Program-made: the position numbers and the translations under genes
DNA from: Methanothermobacter sp.
GTDB taxonomy: Archaea > Methanobacteriota > Methanobacteria > Methanobacteriales > Methanothermobacteraceae
Direction of reading: 5' to 3'
Length of the DNA: 32,000 nucleotides
Assembly (NCBI RefSeq): GCF_049720995.1
Contig: NZ_JBNASF010000001.1
Coordinates: forward strand, 89,401-121,400
The notes under the pieces: model-generated
What the model was told of the DNA's origin: nothing
Seen by the model: the letters and a program-made list of their open reading frames with translations, nothing else
Databases searched by the model: none
In this document: one piece after another, positions 1 to 9,528 of the stretch
How the letters are laid out: each line of letters opens with the position of its first letter
Numbering within the stretch: position 1 is the first letter of the stretch

Positions 1-1
1 T

Positions 2-403
2 CTGAGATCCCACAACACATGTGTACTTGCAACCTGCCATGACAACCGCCCAAGGGCAACACCCCTTGAATACGTGTATGACGGTGAGTCCATATACGTA
101 ATCACCGAGGGTGGGGAGAAATTTGCGGGTATCCTTGAGAACAGTAACGCATCCGTTGCAGTTTACGAGGACTACACATCCATGAGCAACCTGGCAGGGA
201 TGCAGATAACCGGTGCCGTGGATATACTGGATGAAGAGGAATCAGAGAGGATCTATAATCTAAGGGGCCTGAATACTGAGTCCATGAGAAATCTCCCGGT
301 GGATATGAACGTCATAAAGATCTCCATCCACAAGGTTGAGTTCCTCAACAGCAGGTTCAGGGAAGTCTCATCAAGCGCAAAACAGGTGCTCTGCTTTAAA
401 TAG
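2..403 (+). CDS. Pyridoxamine 5'-phosphate oxidase-related FMN-binding family protein, 5'-truncated by window start
   Basis: The listed ORF 74..403 stays open in frame back to position 2 (LRSHNTCVLATCHDNRPRATPLEYVYDGESIYVITEGGEKFAGILENSNASVAVY). The pattern 'VLATC..NRPRATPLEYVYDG..IYVITE' is typical of PNPOx-like split-barrel flavin-binding proteins. Confidence 0.75.
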   Translation: MRSHNTCVLATCHDNRPRATPLEYVYDGESIYVITEGGEKFAGILENSNASVAVYEDYTSMSNLAGMQITGAVDILDEEESERIYNLRGLNTESMRNLPVDMNVIKISIHKVEFLNSRFREVSSSAKQVLCFK

Positions 404-461
404 AAACTCTAAAAAGTTTATGAACATTATACTAAAACTCTAAAGAAGTTTTATGGAATGC

Positions 462-1717
462 CTAGAGCATTTCATTATTGTATTTATCCACCGTGCTCAT
501 CCACTGAAGGATCCTTCTGCTGATCCTTTGCTGAGGCTGCTACAGCTGTATGCGTCATGGGTTGCGAGGAAAGAATCTGCCCGGGCAATCAGGCTGAGAA
601 CCTGTGGGGAAGCATAGGCTCCATTGAGTATATTAAGTTCTGCTGCAGGTAGCTGTGCATATAGCTTGTTTATTCATGCTGAGCCATTGAAGTTGAGGAT
701 TCTCACAGCCTGTTCTGCGGTGGTGACAAGTACACTGCCATCTCCACCGGCAGTTCCAAGACATAGAACGGTGCCAGGGGTGATGTTACAGCATCCCCGT
801 TGTTTCCATTGAAACCGGCGTGTGTATTCCAGTACCCTACTGTCAGTGTACCGCAGGGACTTCTCACGTATACATCAACAGCCATGAGTCTGATCACGGG
901 TGCTGTATCACATGTTACAAATGATGCCTCATTAGCCTCCGTGTAAAGTCCAGGCACATTGTAGGGTCCATAGGTCACAGAATAGTTGAAGGTGTGGGTT
1001 TTCCCTAGCATTATATCACTGCCCACATTGATGAATCCAATGTATCCCATCTGTCGTCGGATACAGTTAAGGATTCATCAACAAGCTCTGAAGGTTATCC
1101 TAATTCCACATCAGCCGTTGCGGTGTACTCTGTAGATCCTCCCATCTCTGAATGTCCAGGTAATGGTCATGGTTCCGCTGAACCACCTTTGCAGTGAAAT
1201 CCTTAAAATTATGATCCGGTTAAATTCATCAGAAGTCCCGGTGATGCAGTATCAGAGACAGAGCTTATTAAAGCGGCGATGTGTGCAGGGTTGAACACTG
1301 TGATGATGCCACCAACCATCAGTCAACGTCTGTTCCAGTATCCACTGAAAGGTTCACTGTGGCCTCTGTTAAGTCGGCCTCCTTGCTGATGTTCCAGGTG
1401 TATGTCCTCGTGTAGGACGTTGTGGCATTCTTGGAGACCATCAGCTCATATACTTTAACTCGGACCTATGCACTGGGACTCTGACCGGTTTCCCTTATCT
1501 TGGCCGTGTTGTTGTAGTTCCCGGGCACGGTGAACCTCCTGGTGTATGTAACTGATCCTGAGTCGTTAAAGAACCATGAGCCTCCACTGGTGTCATCAAC
1601 ATGTATGCACTCATTCAGCATCACCGGTGATGCGGTAGTGTTGCCGTTGCTGATGTTGCCGGTCCAGAGGGTGTTCCGAGGTGCCCTGAATGATATGTCA
1701 ATGAATTATTACAATCC
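462..1717 (-). pseudogene. Decayed adhesin-like/surface protein fragment with C-terminal GYWxxH domain
   Basis: Minus-strand reading gives NTLWTGNISNGNTTASPVMLNECIHVDDTSGGSWFFNDSGSVTYTRRFTVPGNYNNTAKIRETGQSPSA*VRVKVYELMVSKNATTSYTRTYTWNISKEADLTEATVNLSVDTGTD. After a frame change it gives GYIGFINVGSDI...YGPYNVPGLY...CGTLTVGYWNTHAGFNGNNGDAV, then LGTAGGDGSVLVTTAEQAVRILNFNGSA*INKLYAQLPAAELNILNGAYA, then ADSFLATHDAYS, then ILQWMSTVDKYNNEML*. Homology is continuous but interrupted by frame changes and in-frame stops. Confidence 0.8.
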
Positions 1718-1918
1718 TGTGAAAATTAGCTATTAAATTGAGGGGTCAGCTGAAATGGTATGAAGACCCTCTGAATCTCCGATAAAGTATTATCATGGGT
1801 TAAGTGAAAAGGCAATGACAATTCCTGAATCCATCATAAAGAGCAAATGTCCAGAAATTCGGCGCATATAAAATATAAAAGAATGGAAACCTGTGGCTTC
1901 CATCTTTTATATCCCTAA

Positions 1919-2194
1919 TCACTTTCTGAGCTGGATTTCTATTGCTGAAACATTGGTAGCGGTTCCCTCGTTACCAATGATCTCCTCTGTACATATGTCG
2001 ATGTTCTCTATCTGTATGTCTGGTATGAAACGATTCCTAACAATCTCTGCAACGTCAACAGCCCGGCTTATAGCTCTTCCACGGGCTTTAAGGATCACTT
2101 CACTGGTTCCACCGTTCATCTGAGTCACTACGGCCAGAACATAGTTCATTACAGGCTTGTTTCCGATGTATACTACATTCTCCTCTGACATCAC
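1919..2194 (-). CDS. albA: DNA/RNA-binding protein Alba
   Basis: 91 aa: [54 protein letters not shown], the canonical Alba signature. Confidence 0.95.
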   Translation of the reverse strand: MMSEENVVYIGNKPVMNYVLAVVTQMNGGTSEVILKARGRAISRAVDVAEIVRNRFIPDIQIENIDICTEEIIGNEGTATNVSAIEIQLRK

Positions 2195-2270
2195 TTAACC
2201 TCCAAGAGTGTCTGTGATAAAGATAGAAACCCCGGATTATATAAAGTTTGTGATATACTAATTAAAAAAT

Positions 2271-3458
2271 TTAATAACACATCCTGGACTTAACCGCTTC
2301 AAGTATCCTCCCGCCGGTTACAGCGGCCCCCCTGAACCCTGCAGTGATGGCAGAACCATGCATAACATCGATGAGAGGCGCACCCAGTGATTCTGAAAAC
2401 CTTGTCTCTGCAACTCCACCGAGTATGACCTCAGCTTCATTCCTGATAAGCGCATCCTCCAGCTCAGATAGATCAGCCCCAACCAGAACCTCCGACCTCA
2501 CGCCACTTCCAGAGAGGTTCTCAAGTGTGTACTCACCAATCATGTCCATTGCCACCACAGCGGGTTTCATTCCAAGTTCAGTTACAAATCCCGCCAGTGC
2601 AACGGCCCTTGTGGGTCCTGAAACTATACCGGCCCTCACACCCCCAAGTTCGGATCTCAGATGATCCCTTTCCTCAGCGTATCCACTGAGTTCATCCTGG
2701 ATGGGGTAATCAATGTGGAGGTGGTCAAGTATCCCCTCATAGAAGTCCAGTGTGTTTGAAAACCCCAGGGGGATGGGGTGGTGGAGGAAGGGCATCCCGA
2801 ATCTCTCCTCAAGAAACCTGCAGGGCCCTATCCCTGATACATCACAGAAGGAATAGTTCAGATGGGCGGACGCAATCATCTCAATGTCACCGACTGTACT
2901 CCCGGATGTGAGCACACAGTTCACAGAAACACCCATACTGCCAAGGGTATCCACAATATGGTTGAGGTCGGGCCCGCCCCTGAACTCACCTATGATGTTG
3001 ATTGATGGCTCATCCAATGGTTTCACATCAGCTGCGAGGGACTCAAGGAGTGCCATCATAACCTCAAGGTATCCTTCGCCCTGGTTTGACTCAAAGCCCC
3101 CTGCGCTGATGGTTACAATCTGAGAGTCAATTTCTCCCTTAACATCCTCTGCCACCCTCCCTATATCCTCGCCTATTATGCTTGTTGCGCAGGAGCTCAT
3201 AACAGCTATCAGTTCCGGTTTAAGGGTTCTGTCAGCTTCAATTATGGCCTTTTTGAGTTTATCAGCGGCCCCAAACACCACATCTGATTCAGAGAGCTCC
3301 GTTGATAGAACCCTTATCCTCTTACCTCCCCTTGCCGTCAGAAGGTATCCGATATGGTATGCGCAGCCCCTGGGTCCATGGATGAGCGGTACAGCATTTC
3401 GGACCCCTGAAACTGCCCTTACAGCCCCGAAAAGTTTACATGTTGATACCGGCTCCAT
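2271..3458 (-). CDS. Nitrogenase component 1-type (NifD/NifK/CfbD-like) oxidoreductase family protein
   Basis: 395 aa with 'VPLIHGPRGCAYHIGYLL' and 'LIAVMSSCATSIIGEDIGRVAEDV', the conserved Cys contexts of nitrogenase component 1-type proteins. Start is 8 nt downstream of leuA. Confidence 0.8.
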   Translation of the reverse strand: MEPVSTCKLFGAVRAVSGVRNAVPLIHGPRGCAYHIGYLLTARGGKRIRVLSTELSESDVVFGAADKLKKAIIEADRTLKPELIAVMSSCATSIIGEDIGRVAEDVKGEIDSQIVTISAGGFESNQGEGYLEVMMALLESLAADVKPLDEPSINIIGEFRGGPDLNHIVDTLGSMGVSVNCVLTSGSTVGDIEMIASAHLNYSFCDVSGIGPCRFLEERFGMPFLHHPIPLGFSNTLDFYEGILDHLHIDYPIQDELSGYAEERDHLRSELGGVRAGIVSGPTRAVALAGFVTELGMKPAVVAMDMIGEYTLENLSGSGVRSEVLVGADLSELEDALIRNEAEVILGGVAETRFSESLGAPLIDVMHGSAITAGFRGAAVTGGRILEAVKSRMCY

Positions 3459-3466
3459 CGGTACAC

Positions 3467-4984
3467 CTACTTGAGGCTGAGGATCTTGTTGATTGCATCG
3501 AGGACCGCTTCCACACTTGCCATTACTATATCCTCCCTGGTGGATCTTCCTGTTGCCTTGTTGCCGTCGGCGTCGCTCATAACAACAAATACCTCTGCAA
3601 GGGCATTGGTACCGCCCGTTATTGCCTCTATATTGTATTCATCAAGTTCTATATCTGCTGTTTCACTTACAAGGCTCTGTATGGCGTTTATGGCTGCGTC
3701 AACAGGTCCTACGCCTGTCATTGATGTTGTCTTGATCTCATCCCCGATCCTCAGCTTAACGGTGGCCGTTGGCATCACACTCTCACCTGTCATCACCGCT
3801 ATACCCTCAAGCTTCACGATCTCCCTTGTTGCCTTTCCAAGGATTGTGACTGCCATTGCCCGAAGATCGGCGTCGGTGATCCTTTTCCCCTTATCTCCAA
3901 GTCTTTTGACCTGTTCATAGAGGGTGCAGAACTGGTCCTCGTTCATATCTATACCGTATTCCTGCAGCTTTGATCTGAGGGCGTTGGCCCCTGTGTGCTT
4001 GCCGAGGACTATCCTCCTCTTGTGACCAACCATCTCAGGGGTTATGGGTTCATAGGTTTCCGCCTTCTCAAGAACACCATGGACGTGTATGCCCGCCTCA
4101 TGTGCAAAGGCGTTTTCACCCACGATTGCCTTGTTGGGGGGCATCCTTACCCCCGTTATCTTTGATACGAATTCTGAGATGTTCACAAGCTCCGTTGTCC
4201 TTATGGTGAGGGGGAGGTCATAGCGGGTTATGAGGGCCATCACAACCTCCTCCAGGGCGGCATTTCCTGCCCTTTCACCAAGCCCGTTTATAGTTGCATG
4301 TACCTGTGATGCGCCTGCCTCAACAGCTGCAAGGGAGTTTGCAACGGCCAGTCCAAAGTCATTGTGGCAGTGGACGCTGATGGGTGTCCTGATCTCATCC
4401 CTGAGGCCTCTTATAAGGTGGTTCATCGCCCTGGGTATCATCACCCCGACGGTGTCTGGGACGTTTATCATAGCGGCCCCTGCATCCTCTGCGGCCCTGT
4501 ATACCTCCACAAGGTAATCAAATTCGGTCCTTGTGGCGTCCTCGGCAGAGAATTCCACCCTGAGCCCATGTTCTGCCGCATATTCAACTCCAAACACTGC
4601 CCTGTCTATTATCTCCTCAGGGGACATCTTGAGCTTGTACTTCCTGTGGAGGGGTGATGTCCCTATGAAGGTGTGTATGTAGTCAGCTCCGCAATCAATA
4701 ACAGCGTCTATGTCCTCCCTGAGCACCCTTGCCAAACCACAGGTGTTCACATCAAGACCCAGGTCAACTATCCTTCTTACTGAGTCCATCTCCCCAGGGG
4801 AGGCTGCAGGGAACCCTGCCTCTATTGTGTCAACCCCAAGGGATTCCAGTTTCCTTGCTACGCATATCTTCTCATCCACCGTGAGAGCCACCCCAGGTGT
4901 CTGCTCACCGTCCCTGAGTGTTGTGTCAAATATTCTCACCGTCTCAGGTAGCCTCATTTCCGGTTTAACCTCTTCTATGTACAT
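3467..4984 (-). CDS. leuA: 2-isopropylmalate synthase
   Basis: 505 aa: [50 protein letters not shown], '[21 protein letters not shown]' type motif, plus a C-terminal LeuA regulatory domain. Related homocitrate or citramalate synthases cannot be fully excluded. Confidence 0.85.
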   Translation of the reverse strand: MYIEEVKPEMRLPETVRIFDTTLRDGEQTPGVALTVDEKICVARKLESLGVDTIEAGFPAASPGEMDSVRRIVDLGLDVNTCGLARVLREDIDAVIDCGADYIHTFIGTSPLHRKYKLKMSPEEIIDRAVFGVEYAAEHGLRVEFSAEDATRTEFDYLVEVYRAAEDAGAAMINVPDTVGVMIPRAMNHLIRGLRDEIRTPISVHCHNDFGLAVANSLAAVEAGASQVHATINGLGERAGNAALEEVVMALITRYDLPLTIRTTELVNISEFVSKITGVRMPPNKAIVGENAFAHEAGIHVHGVLEKAETYEPITPEMVGHKRRIVLGKHTGANALRSKLQEYGIDMNEDQFCTLYEQVKRLGDKGKRITDADLRAMAVTILGKATREIVKLEGIAVMTGESVMPTATVKLRIGDEIKTTSMTGVGPVDAAINAIQSLVSETADIELDEYNIEAITGGTNALAEVFVVMSDADGNKATGRSTREDIVMASVEAVLDAINKILSLK

Positions 4985-5129
4985 TTAAATTCCCCGTGGT
5001 CTGGCCTTTTTATCATGATCTATATGCTGCCACAATTAAAAGCTTTTACACAGCAGATCCAGTTATAAGTTATAAGTTTAAGGGGAAGCAGTCTGTCACC
5101 AGGAGACAAATGACCCCCTGATATTATAT

Positions 5130-5921
5130 TTAAACCGCCATGCTGAGACTCAGGAAGTTCCTGAGGCCCGGTGCAAGGCCAAGTATGAATATCACAAGTT
5201 TAAGGAGATCTGAGTCCACTGGGTCCTCAACGTATCTGTCAATGGCGTAGAGCGCCGCCACTATGACCGCTATCTTGAGGGGAAACATCACAAGGGCAGT
5301 GCCAGTTAGGGCCGTGAATGCCGATGGCAGAACATGCTGCTCAGAATAACCATAGATGTCAACCGCAACGTAGGTTGATGATGCATCGAAAAGGTGTGCT
5401 GATATAGCGTAGAGGTTCATCCTGTCCCTTAGAAGTTCCCATTTGAGACCCATCACATAGAAAAGGACTGCTGATGCCATGAATACTCCCAGTACAGAGA
5501 AAAAGGGTGCAGGATTAATTTTCTGCATGCCTATGATGTTTGGTATGGAAAGAACTGCCCCTGTAGCAAATACAAGCTTTCTGTAATCCCATCCATAAAG
5601 TTTCTCAAGTTTAACCGAGATGAGAAGCGTCGCTATTGCCGTGAGTCCCACAAGGATGTATATGCCGGGTGTAACAAGGAGATGGGTGAGGGGGTAGATT
5701 CCATTATCCACAAGGGCCCTTGCACCTGACCCGAGAAATATGAAGGGAAGGAGCGGTACCAGAAGTTCCCTGGGGTCCTTTTTAAGCCACCTGAACATTC
5801 TGAGTATGATAAGAACAGCAGCCCCGAGTACAATGCCAAAAACAACCGTGTTTAGGGGTGTGTAACCAGGGTGTAGGTAGAAGAAGTTGTTCTCCAGGAA
5901 ATCCTGAAGCTCAGATATCAT
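5130..5921 (-). CDS. DUF63 family membrane protein
   Basis: 263 aa, multiple hydrophobic segments. N-terminus FLENNFFYLHPGYTPLNTVVFGIVLG is typical of archaeal DUF63. Overlaps the PHP-domain gene by 11 nt. Confidence 0.75.
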   Translation of the reverse strand: MISELQDFLENNFFYLHPGYTPLNTVVFGIVLGAAVLIILRMFRWLKKDPRELLVPLLPFIFLGSGARALVDNGIYPLTHLLVTPGIYILVGLTAIATLLISVKLEKLYGWDYRKLVFATGAVLSIPNIIGMQKINPAPFFSVLGVFMASAVLFYVMGLKWELLRDRMNLYAISAHLFDASSTYVAVDIYGYSEQHVLPSAFTALTGTALVMFPLKIAVIVAALYAIDRYVEDPVDSDLLKLVIFILGLAPGLRNFLSLSMAV

Positions 5922-6573
5922 TTCTCATCCTGCCTATGAGTTTTTTGTTGATTACCTCCCTCACAATTAGAGGAAGAGGGGTTCTTCTTCCCTCAGGTAT
6001 GGTTTTGCCCCTTCTTATACCATCAATTATGTCATCAACTGTATTTTCAGCTTCCACAAGGGTGAATGAGCTTCCAACAGCCTCCACGAAGTGTGAGTCG
6101 CTTGCACCTATCTCAGGAATGCCCCTCTTTCTTGCGAATTTTCTGGCCCTCCAGTTGGAGTAGCCGACAATGTAGCGGGAGTTGAGGGTTTCAATTGCAT
6201 CAACACGGAGGTTTCTCTCGTTCACAAAGAGTCCCTGTCTGTACCTGACAAATGGGTGTGGAATTATGGCAAGTGCGTCCTGTGAGTGTATCTCATCCAG
6301 GGACTCTGCGGGTGTTAGGCCCCTTTCTATTTCCTCCTGCACACCAAGTGCCACTATATGACCTGCGGATGTGCTGAGCTCCACTGCAGGGACCACCGTG
6401 ACCCCAAAATCTGCTGATTCCCCCATGGCGATCCGGGACCCCCTCATTGTATTGTGGTCTGCAATCGCAACTGCATCGAGGCCCACAAGGGATGCCCGCC
6501 TCAGTACATCCCGCGGCGTTCCCCTTGCATCCCCTGAATATACGGTGTGTATGTGTGGGTCAATCCTTATCAT
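5911..6573 (-). CDS. PHP domain-containing metal-dependent phosphoesterase
   Basis: 220 aa: MIRIDPHIHTVYSGDARGTPRDVLRRASLVGLDAVAIADHNTMRG, with later 'IPHPFVRYRQG' and 'GASDSHFVEAVG'. Confidence 0.9.
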   Translation of the reverse strand: MIRIDPHIHTVYSGDARGTPRDVLRRASLVGLDAVAIADHNTMRGSRIAMGESADFGVTVVPAVELSTSAGHIVALGVQEEIERGLTPAESLDEIHSQDALAIIPHPFVRYRQGLFVNERNLRVDAIETLNSRYIVGYSNWRARKFARKRGIPEIGASDSHFVEAVGSSFTLVEAENTVDDIIDGIRRGKTIPEGRRTPLPLIVREVINKKLIGRMRNDI

Positions 6574-6610
6574 GAAATCACCTTAAATTGTCCCCATCTT
6601 CACGGGCCCA

Positions 6611-7630
6611 TCAGTGCCTCACCCTGTATTCTATGCTCCCTATGAGGCCCACGGGTCCCGTCATCATGACGTCCCCTGCCGGTGCGGCATGATAGGCTCT
6701 GAGGGATGTTTCATCGAGAATCCTCCTCTGTGGTCCCGTTGCAACAACCACTTCAGGCTCACCCACTCCTCCAAGGGCGTGGGCACCATGACCCCCGTCG
6801 CCATGGACCTCCCGGTGTGTTATCTCCCCATGTGCGAGTTTAAGGAGGAGTTCCTCAAGTTTCTGAGGAGACAGCATTTTTGTGTGGTGCTCCATGACCC
6901 CATGTATCTTGCCATCCAGGATGCTGGCTGCCAGGGTGTGGCCATTACCTGCATCAACAGCTATTAGAGGCCCATCTGAGTCCACTGCTGGGTCAAGGAG
7001 TGCCCCTGCTATTGACGCGAACTTGGAATCCATCATGAGGAGCGGGTGCTCCGCTGACACCTCAATGGATTTCATCCTGGTGAAGTAATCGGGGACGTCA
7101 CCAAGGTATGAGAACTCCTGAGGTTTCAGTGGTTCTGTGAGTTTCTCCCTTATCTTCATGAAACGGAAGTTCCTATCACCCATATCACCACCCGCACCAT
7201 GGTCCTGAACAGCCACACCCAGAAAGTCGATCTCCAGTTCAACATCAAAGTTTCCCAGGGCCCCTGCTATGGCATCAAGGTCAACATCCCCCAACTTCAC
7301 CCTCCTAAGACCCGGGGCCCTGTCTGATATCTCTATACCCATTTTCCTGACCCTTTCAAGGTCATCCCTAATGGTCCTTGCTGCCTCAGTGGTCATTACA
7401 ACCCTGTAGCCCCTCTCAAGGTGTTCCAGTATTGCCCTGCTCACGGGTCCCCCACCCATCGTCCGGCCATGAATGAACACATCCCCATTGATTCCCCTGA
7501 TCCTTTCTGCGATTATCCTTGTGGGTGAGGGCATTACCATCTTTATGGAATTTTCAATTCTATCAGCTGTCGTGTCATGGTACATTATATCCTGTGTTCC
7601 TGCCCCCACATCAACTGCAAGTATCCTCAT
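6611..7630 (-). CDS. DUF1786 family protein (ASKHA-like ATPase fold)
   Basis: From the internal Met: MRILAVDVGAGTQDIMYHD...GPLIAVDAGNGHTLAASILDGKIHGVMEHHT...DVMMTGPVGLIG. Start placed at the internal Met rather than the ORF-track start at 7654. Confidence 0.7.
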   Translation of the reverse strand: MRILAVDVGAGTQDIMYHDTTADRIENSIKMVMPSPTRIIAERIRGINGDVFIHGRTMGGGPVSRAILEHLERGYRVVMTTEAARTIRDDLERVRKMGIEISDRAPGLRRVKLGDVDLDAIAGALGNFDVELEIDFLGVAVQDHGAGGDMGDRNFRFMKIREKLTEPLKPQEFSYLGDVPDYFTRMKSIEVSAEHPLLMMDSKFASIAGALLDPAVDSDGPLIAVDAGNGHTLAASILDGKIHGVMEHHTKMLSPQKLEELLLKLAHGEITHREVHGDGGHGAHALGGVGEPEVVVATGPQRRILDETSLRAYHAAPAGDVMMTGPVGLIGSIEYRVRH

Positions 7631-7673
7631 ACTGGAATCATATCTTCCCTCCATTTATTAACCATTTCCTAAA

Positions 7674-7704
7674 TGTACAGATATGTACAGTAAAGTTTTA
7701 AATA
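7674..7704 (+). promoter_or_regulatory. trpB2 promoter region: two TGTACAG boxes 10 bp apart, followed by a TATA-like element
   Basis: aaTGTACAGataTGTACAGtaaagTTTTAAATAg. TGTACA at 7674..7679 and 7684..7689, TATA-like TTTAAATA ending at 7704. Confidence 0.65.
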
Positions 7705-7777
7705 GTTCTTTGAAGAGAGATCATGCATGTAAATGCTGATGATAACACGACCTGATCAAGAAACCTGAGGTGATACC

Positions 7778-9064
7778 ATGAACAAGATTGTTCTTGATGA
7801 AAACGAAATACCGAAAAAATGGTACAACATCAACCCGGACCTGCCATCACCCCTACCCGAACCCAGAAACCCTGAGGGCGGAGAGAACATAGAGAACCTT
7901 CCAAGGGTATTCTCAAGGGGCGTCCTTGAGCAGGAGATGTCAATGGAGCGCTGGATAAAGATCCCCCGTGAGGTCAGAGATGTCTACAAAATGATTGGAA
8001 GGCCCACCCCCCTTTTCAGGGCAAAGGGCCTTGAGGAGATGCTGGATACCCCCGCCAGAATATACTACAAGAGGGAGGACTACTCACCCACAGGAAGCCA
8101 CAAGTTGAATACTGCGATAGCGCAGGCATACTATGCCCGTGAAGATGGCGCCGAAAGGCTCACAACAGAAACAGGTGCCGGTCAATGGGGAACAGCCCTC
8201 TCGCTTGCATGTTCACTCATGGACCTCCAGTGCAAGGTCTACATGGTCAGGGTGTCATTCAACCAGAAGCCCTTCAGGAAAACAATAATGCAGCTCTATG
8301 GTGGTGAGGTTGTCCCATCACCAAGTGACCATACCGAATTCGGAAGGAAAATACTCAGTGAGGACCCCGACCACCCCGGATCCCTTGGTATAGCCATATC
8401 AGAGGCGATGGAGGAGGCCCTTCAGTATGAAAACGTTTACTACTCCCTTGGAAGCGTCCTCAACCACGTTCTGTTACACCAGACCGTGATAGGTCTTGAA
8501 ACACAGAAGCAGCTGGAAATAGCAGGTGAAACACCTGACGTCATGATAGGATGTGTGGGAGGGGGTAGCAACTTTGGTGGGGCGGTTTTCCCATTCATAA
8601 AGGATAAACTTGATGGTAAACTCGACTGTGAATTCATAGCAGCTGAGCCAAGATCCTGCCCCACCCTCACCCAGGGAGACTACCGGTACGACTTCGGTGA
8701 CACAGCAGGTATGACACCCCTCCTCAAGATGTACACACTCGGCCACGACTTTGTACCCCCATCCGTACACGCAGGAGGTCTGAGATACCACGGAATGTCA
8801 CCGCAGGTTGCACTCCTGGTGAAGGAGGGCATCATCAGGGCCAGAGCCGTGGCGCAGCATGAAATATTTGAGAGTGGTGTTAAATTTGCAAAGGCCGAGG
8901 GGGTTGTCCCCGCGCCAGAAACCTGCCACGCCATAAGTGTTGCAATGGATGAGGCCAGGAAGTGCAGAGAGACCGGTGAGGAAAAAACCATAGTTGTGAG
9001 CTTCTCTGGCCACGGGCTCCTTGACCTCAAGGGTTACGGGGACTACCTTGAGGGCAAAATCTAA
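7778..9064 (+). CDS. trpB2: TrpB-like pyridoxal-phosphate-dependent enzyme (tryptophan synthase beta type 2)
   Basis: 428 aa: '[60 protein letters not shown]' and '[11 protein letters not shown]'. Upstream GGTGAT ribosome-binding site. Confidence 0.95.
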   Translation: MNKIVLDENEIPKKWYNINPDLPSPLPEPRNPEGGENIENLPRVFSRGVLEQEMSMERWIKIPREVRDVYKMIGRPTPLFRAKGLEEMLDTPARIYYKREDYSPTGSHKLNTAIAQAYYAREDGAERLTTETGAGQWGTALSLACSLMDLQCKVYMVRVSFNQKPFRKTIMQLYGGEVVPSPSDHTEFGRKILSEDPDHPGSLGIAISEAMEEALQYENVYYSLGSVLNHVLLHQTVIGLETQKQLEIAGETPDVMIGCVGGGSNFGGAVFPFIKDKLDGKLDCEFIAAEPRSCPTLTQGDYRYDFGDTAGMTPLLKMYTLGHDFVPPSVHAGGLRYHGMSPQVALLVKEGIIRARAVAQHEIFESGVKFAKAEGVVPAPETCHAISVAMDEARKCRETGEEKTIVVSFSGHGLLDLKGYGDYLEGKI

Positions 9065-9104
9065 AGGCCACACTTAATCATCCAGGAGCAGCAGGCTGGA
9101 CGCG

Positions 9105-9129
9105 GGCTGAGGTGATGTGAGCCTCAGCC
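9105..9129. repeat. Perfect 8-bp inverted repeat (hairpin) downstream of trpB2
   Basis: GGCTGAGG-tgatgtgag-CCTCAGCC (9105..9112 / 9122..9129), followed by a GGGGCCCC palindrome. Confidence 0.6.
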
Positions 9130-9228
9130 GGGCTTCAGCCAGGGGCCCCCAGCTTCTTCTTCAATACATATAAATACCATCATCACCCAAACTAAATTAG
9201 TTTATATCAATCTCATCAAGGTGATCTG

Positions 9229-9516
9229 ATGGACTACAGGAACATCGTTATCGGTGCCATGATCCTTATCATAGCACTGATGGTCGGTTTCAATGTTGCC
9301 CTGTACATGGGGGCGCAGGAACAGAACGTGACACAGCTGGACTGGGCCGACAATGCAACAACAGATATGAGTTTTGCAAATGAATCCAATGCACCGGTCA
9401 GCATCAACAAGACAAAAACAATCACAAAGAGAACCAGAAAAAACATAACACCCGGTGAAGGAAACACCACAGTGCCTGAAGAACCTGAACCACCGGTTCA
9501 AAATCAAACAGTATAA
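9229..9516 (+). CDS. Hypothetical protein with N-terminal membrane anchor and Pro/Thr/Asn-rich tail
   Basis: 95 aa: MDYRNIVIGAMILIIALMVGFNVALYMG then a hydrophilic low-complexity region. 12 nt upstream of fae-hps, with an AAGGAGG ribosome-binding site for the next gene overlapping its stop. Confidence 0.7.
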   Translation: MDYRNIVIGAMILIIALMVGFNVALYMGAQEQNVTQLDWADNATTDMSFANESNAPVSINKTKTITKRTRKNITPGEGNTTVPEEPEPPVQNQTV

Positions 9517-9528
9517 GGAGGATAAAGA

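Noticed and set aside
1530-1736. Plus-strand 68-aa ORF MNLLVYVTDPESLKNHEPPL...
   Set aside because: Antisense to the decayed adhesin-like reading. No independent coding evidence.
2344-3474. Plus-strand ORFs opposite the nitrogenase-like gene (2344..2664, 2884..3123, 3178..3474)
   Set aside because: Shadow ORFs antisense to a well-supported CDS with low-complexity Ser/Pro/Thr-rich translations and no recognisable motifs.
3471-4988. Plus-strand ORFs opposite leuA
   Set aside because: Antisense shadows of leuA. The composition mirrors the coding bias of the real gene.
5063-5076. TTATAAGTTATAAG upstream of leuA resembling the parA palindrome
   Set aside because: Shares 13 bp with the parA palindrome but is not palindromic itself and is best explained as the AT-rich leuA promoter/TATA region.
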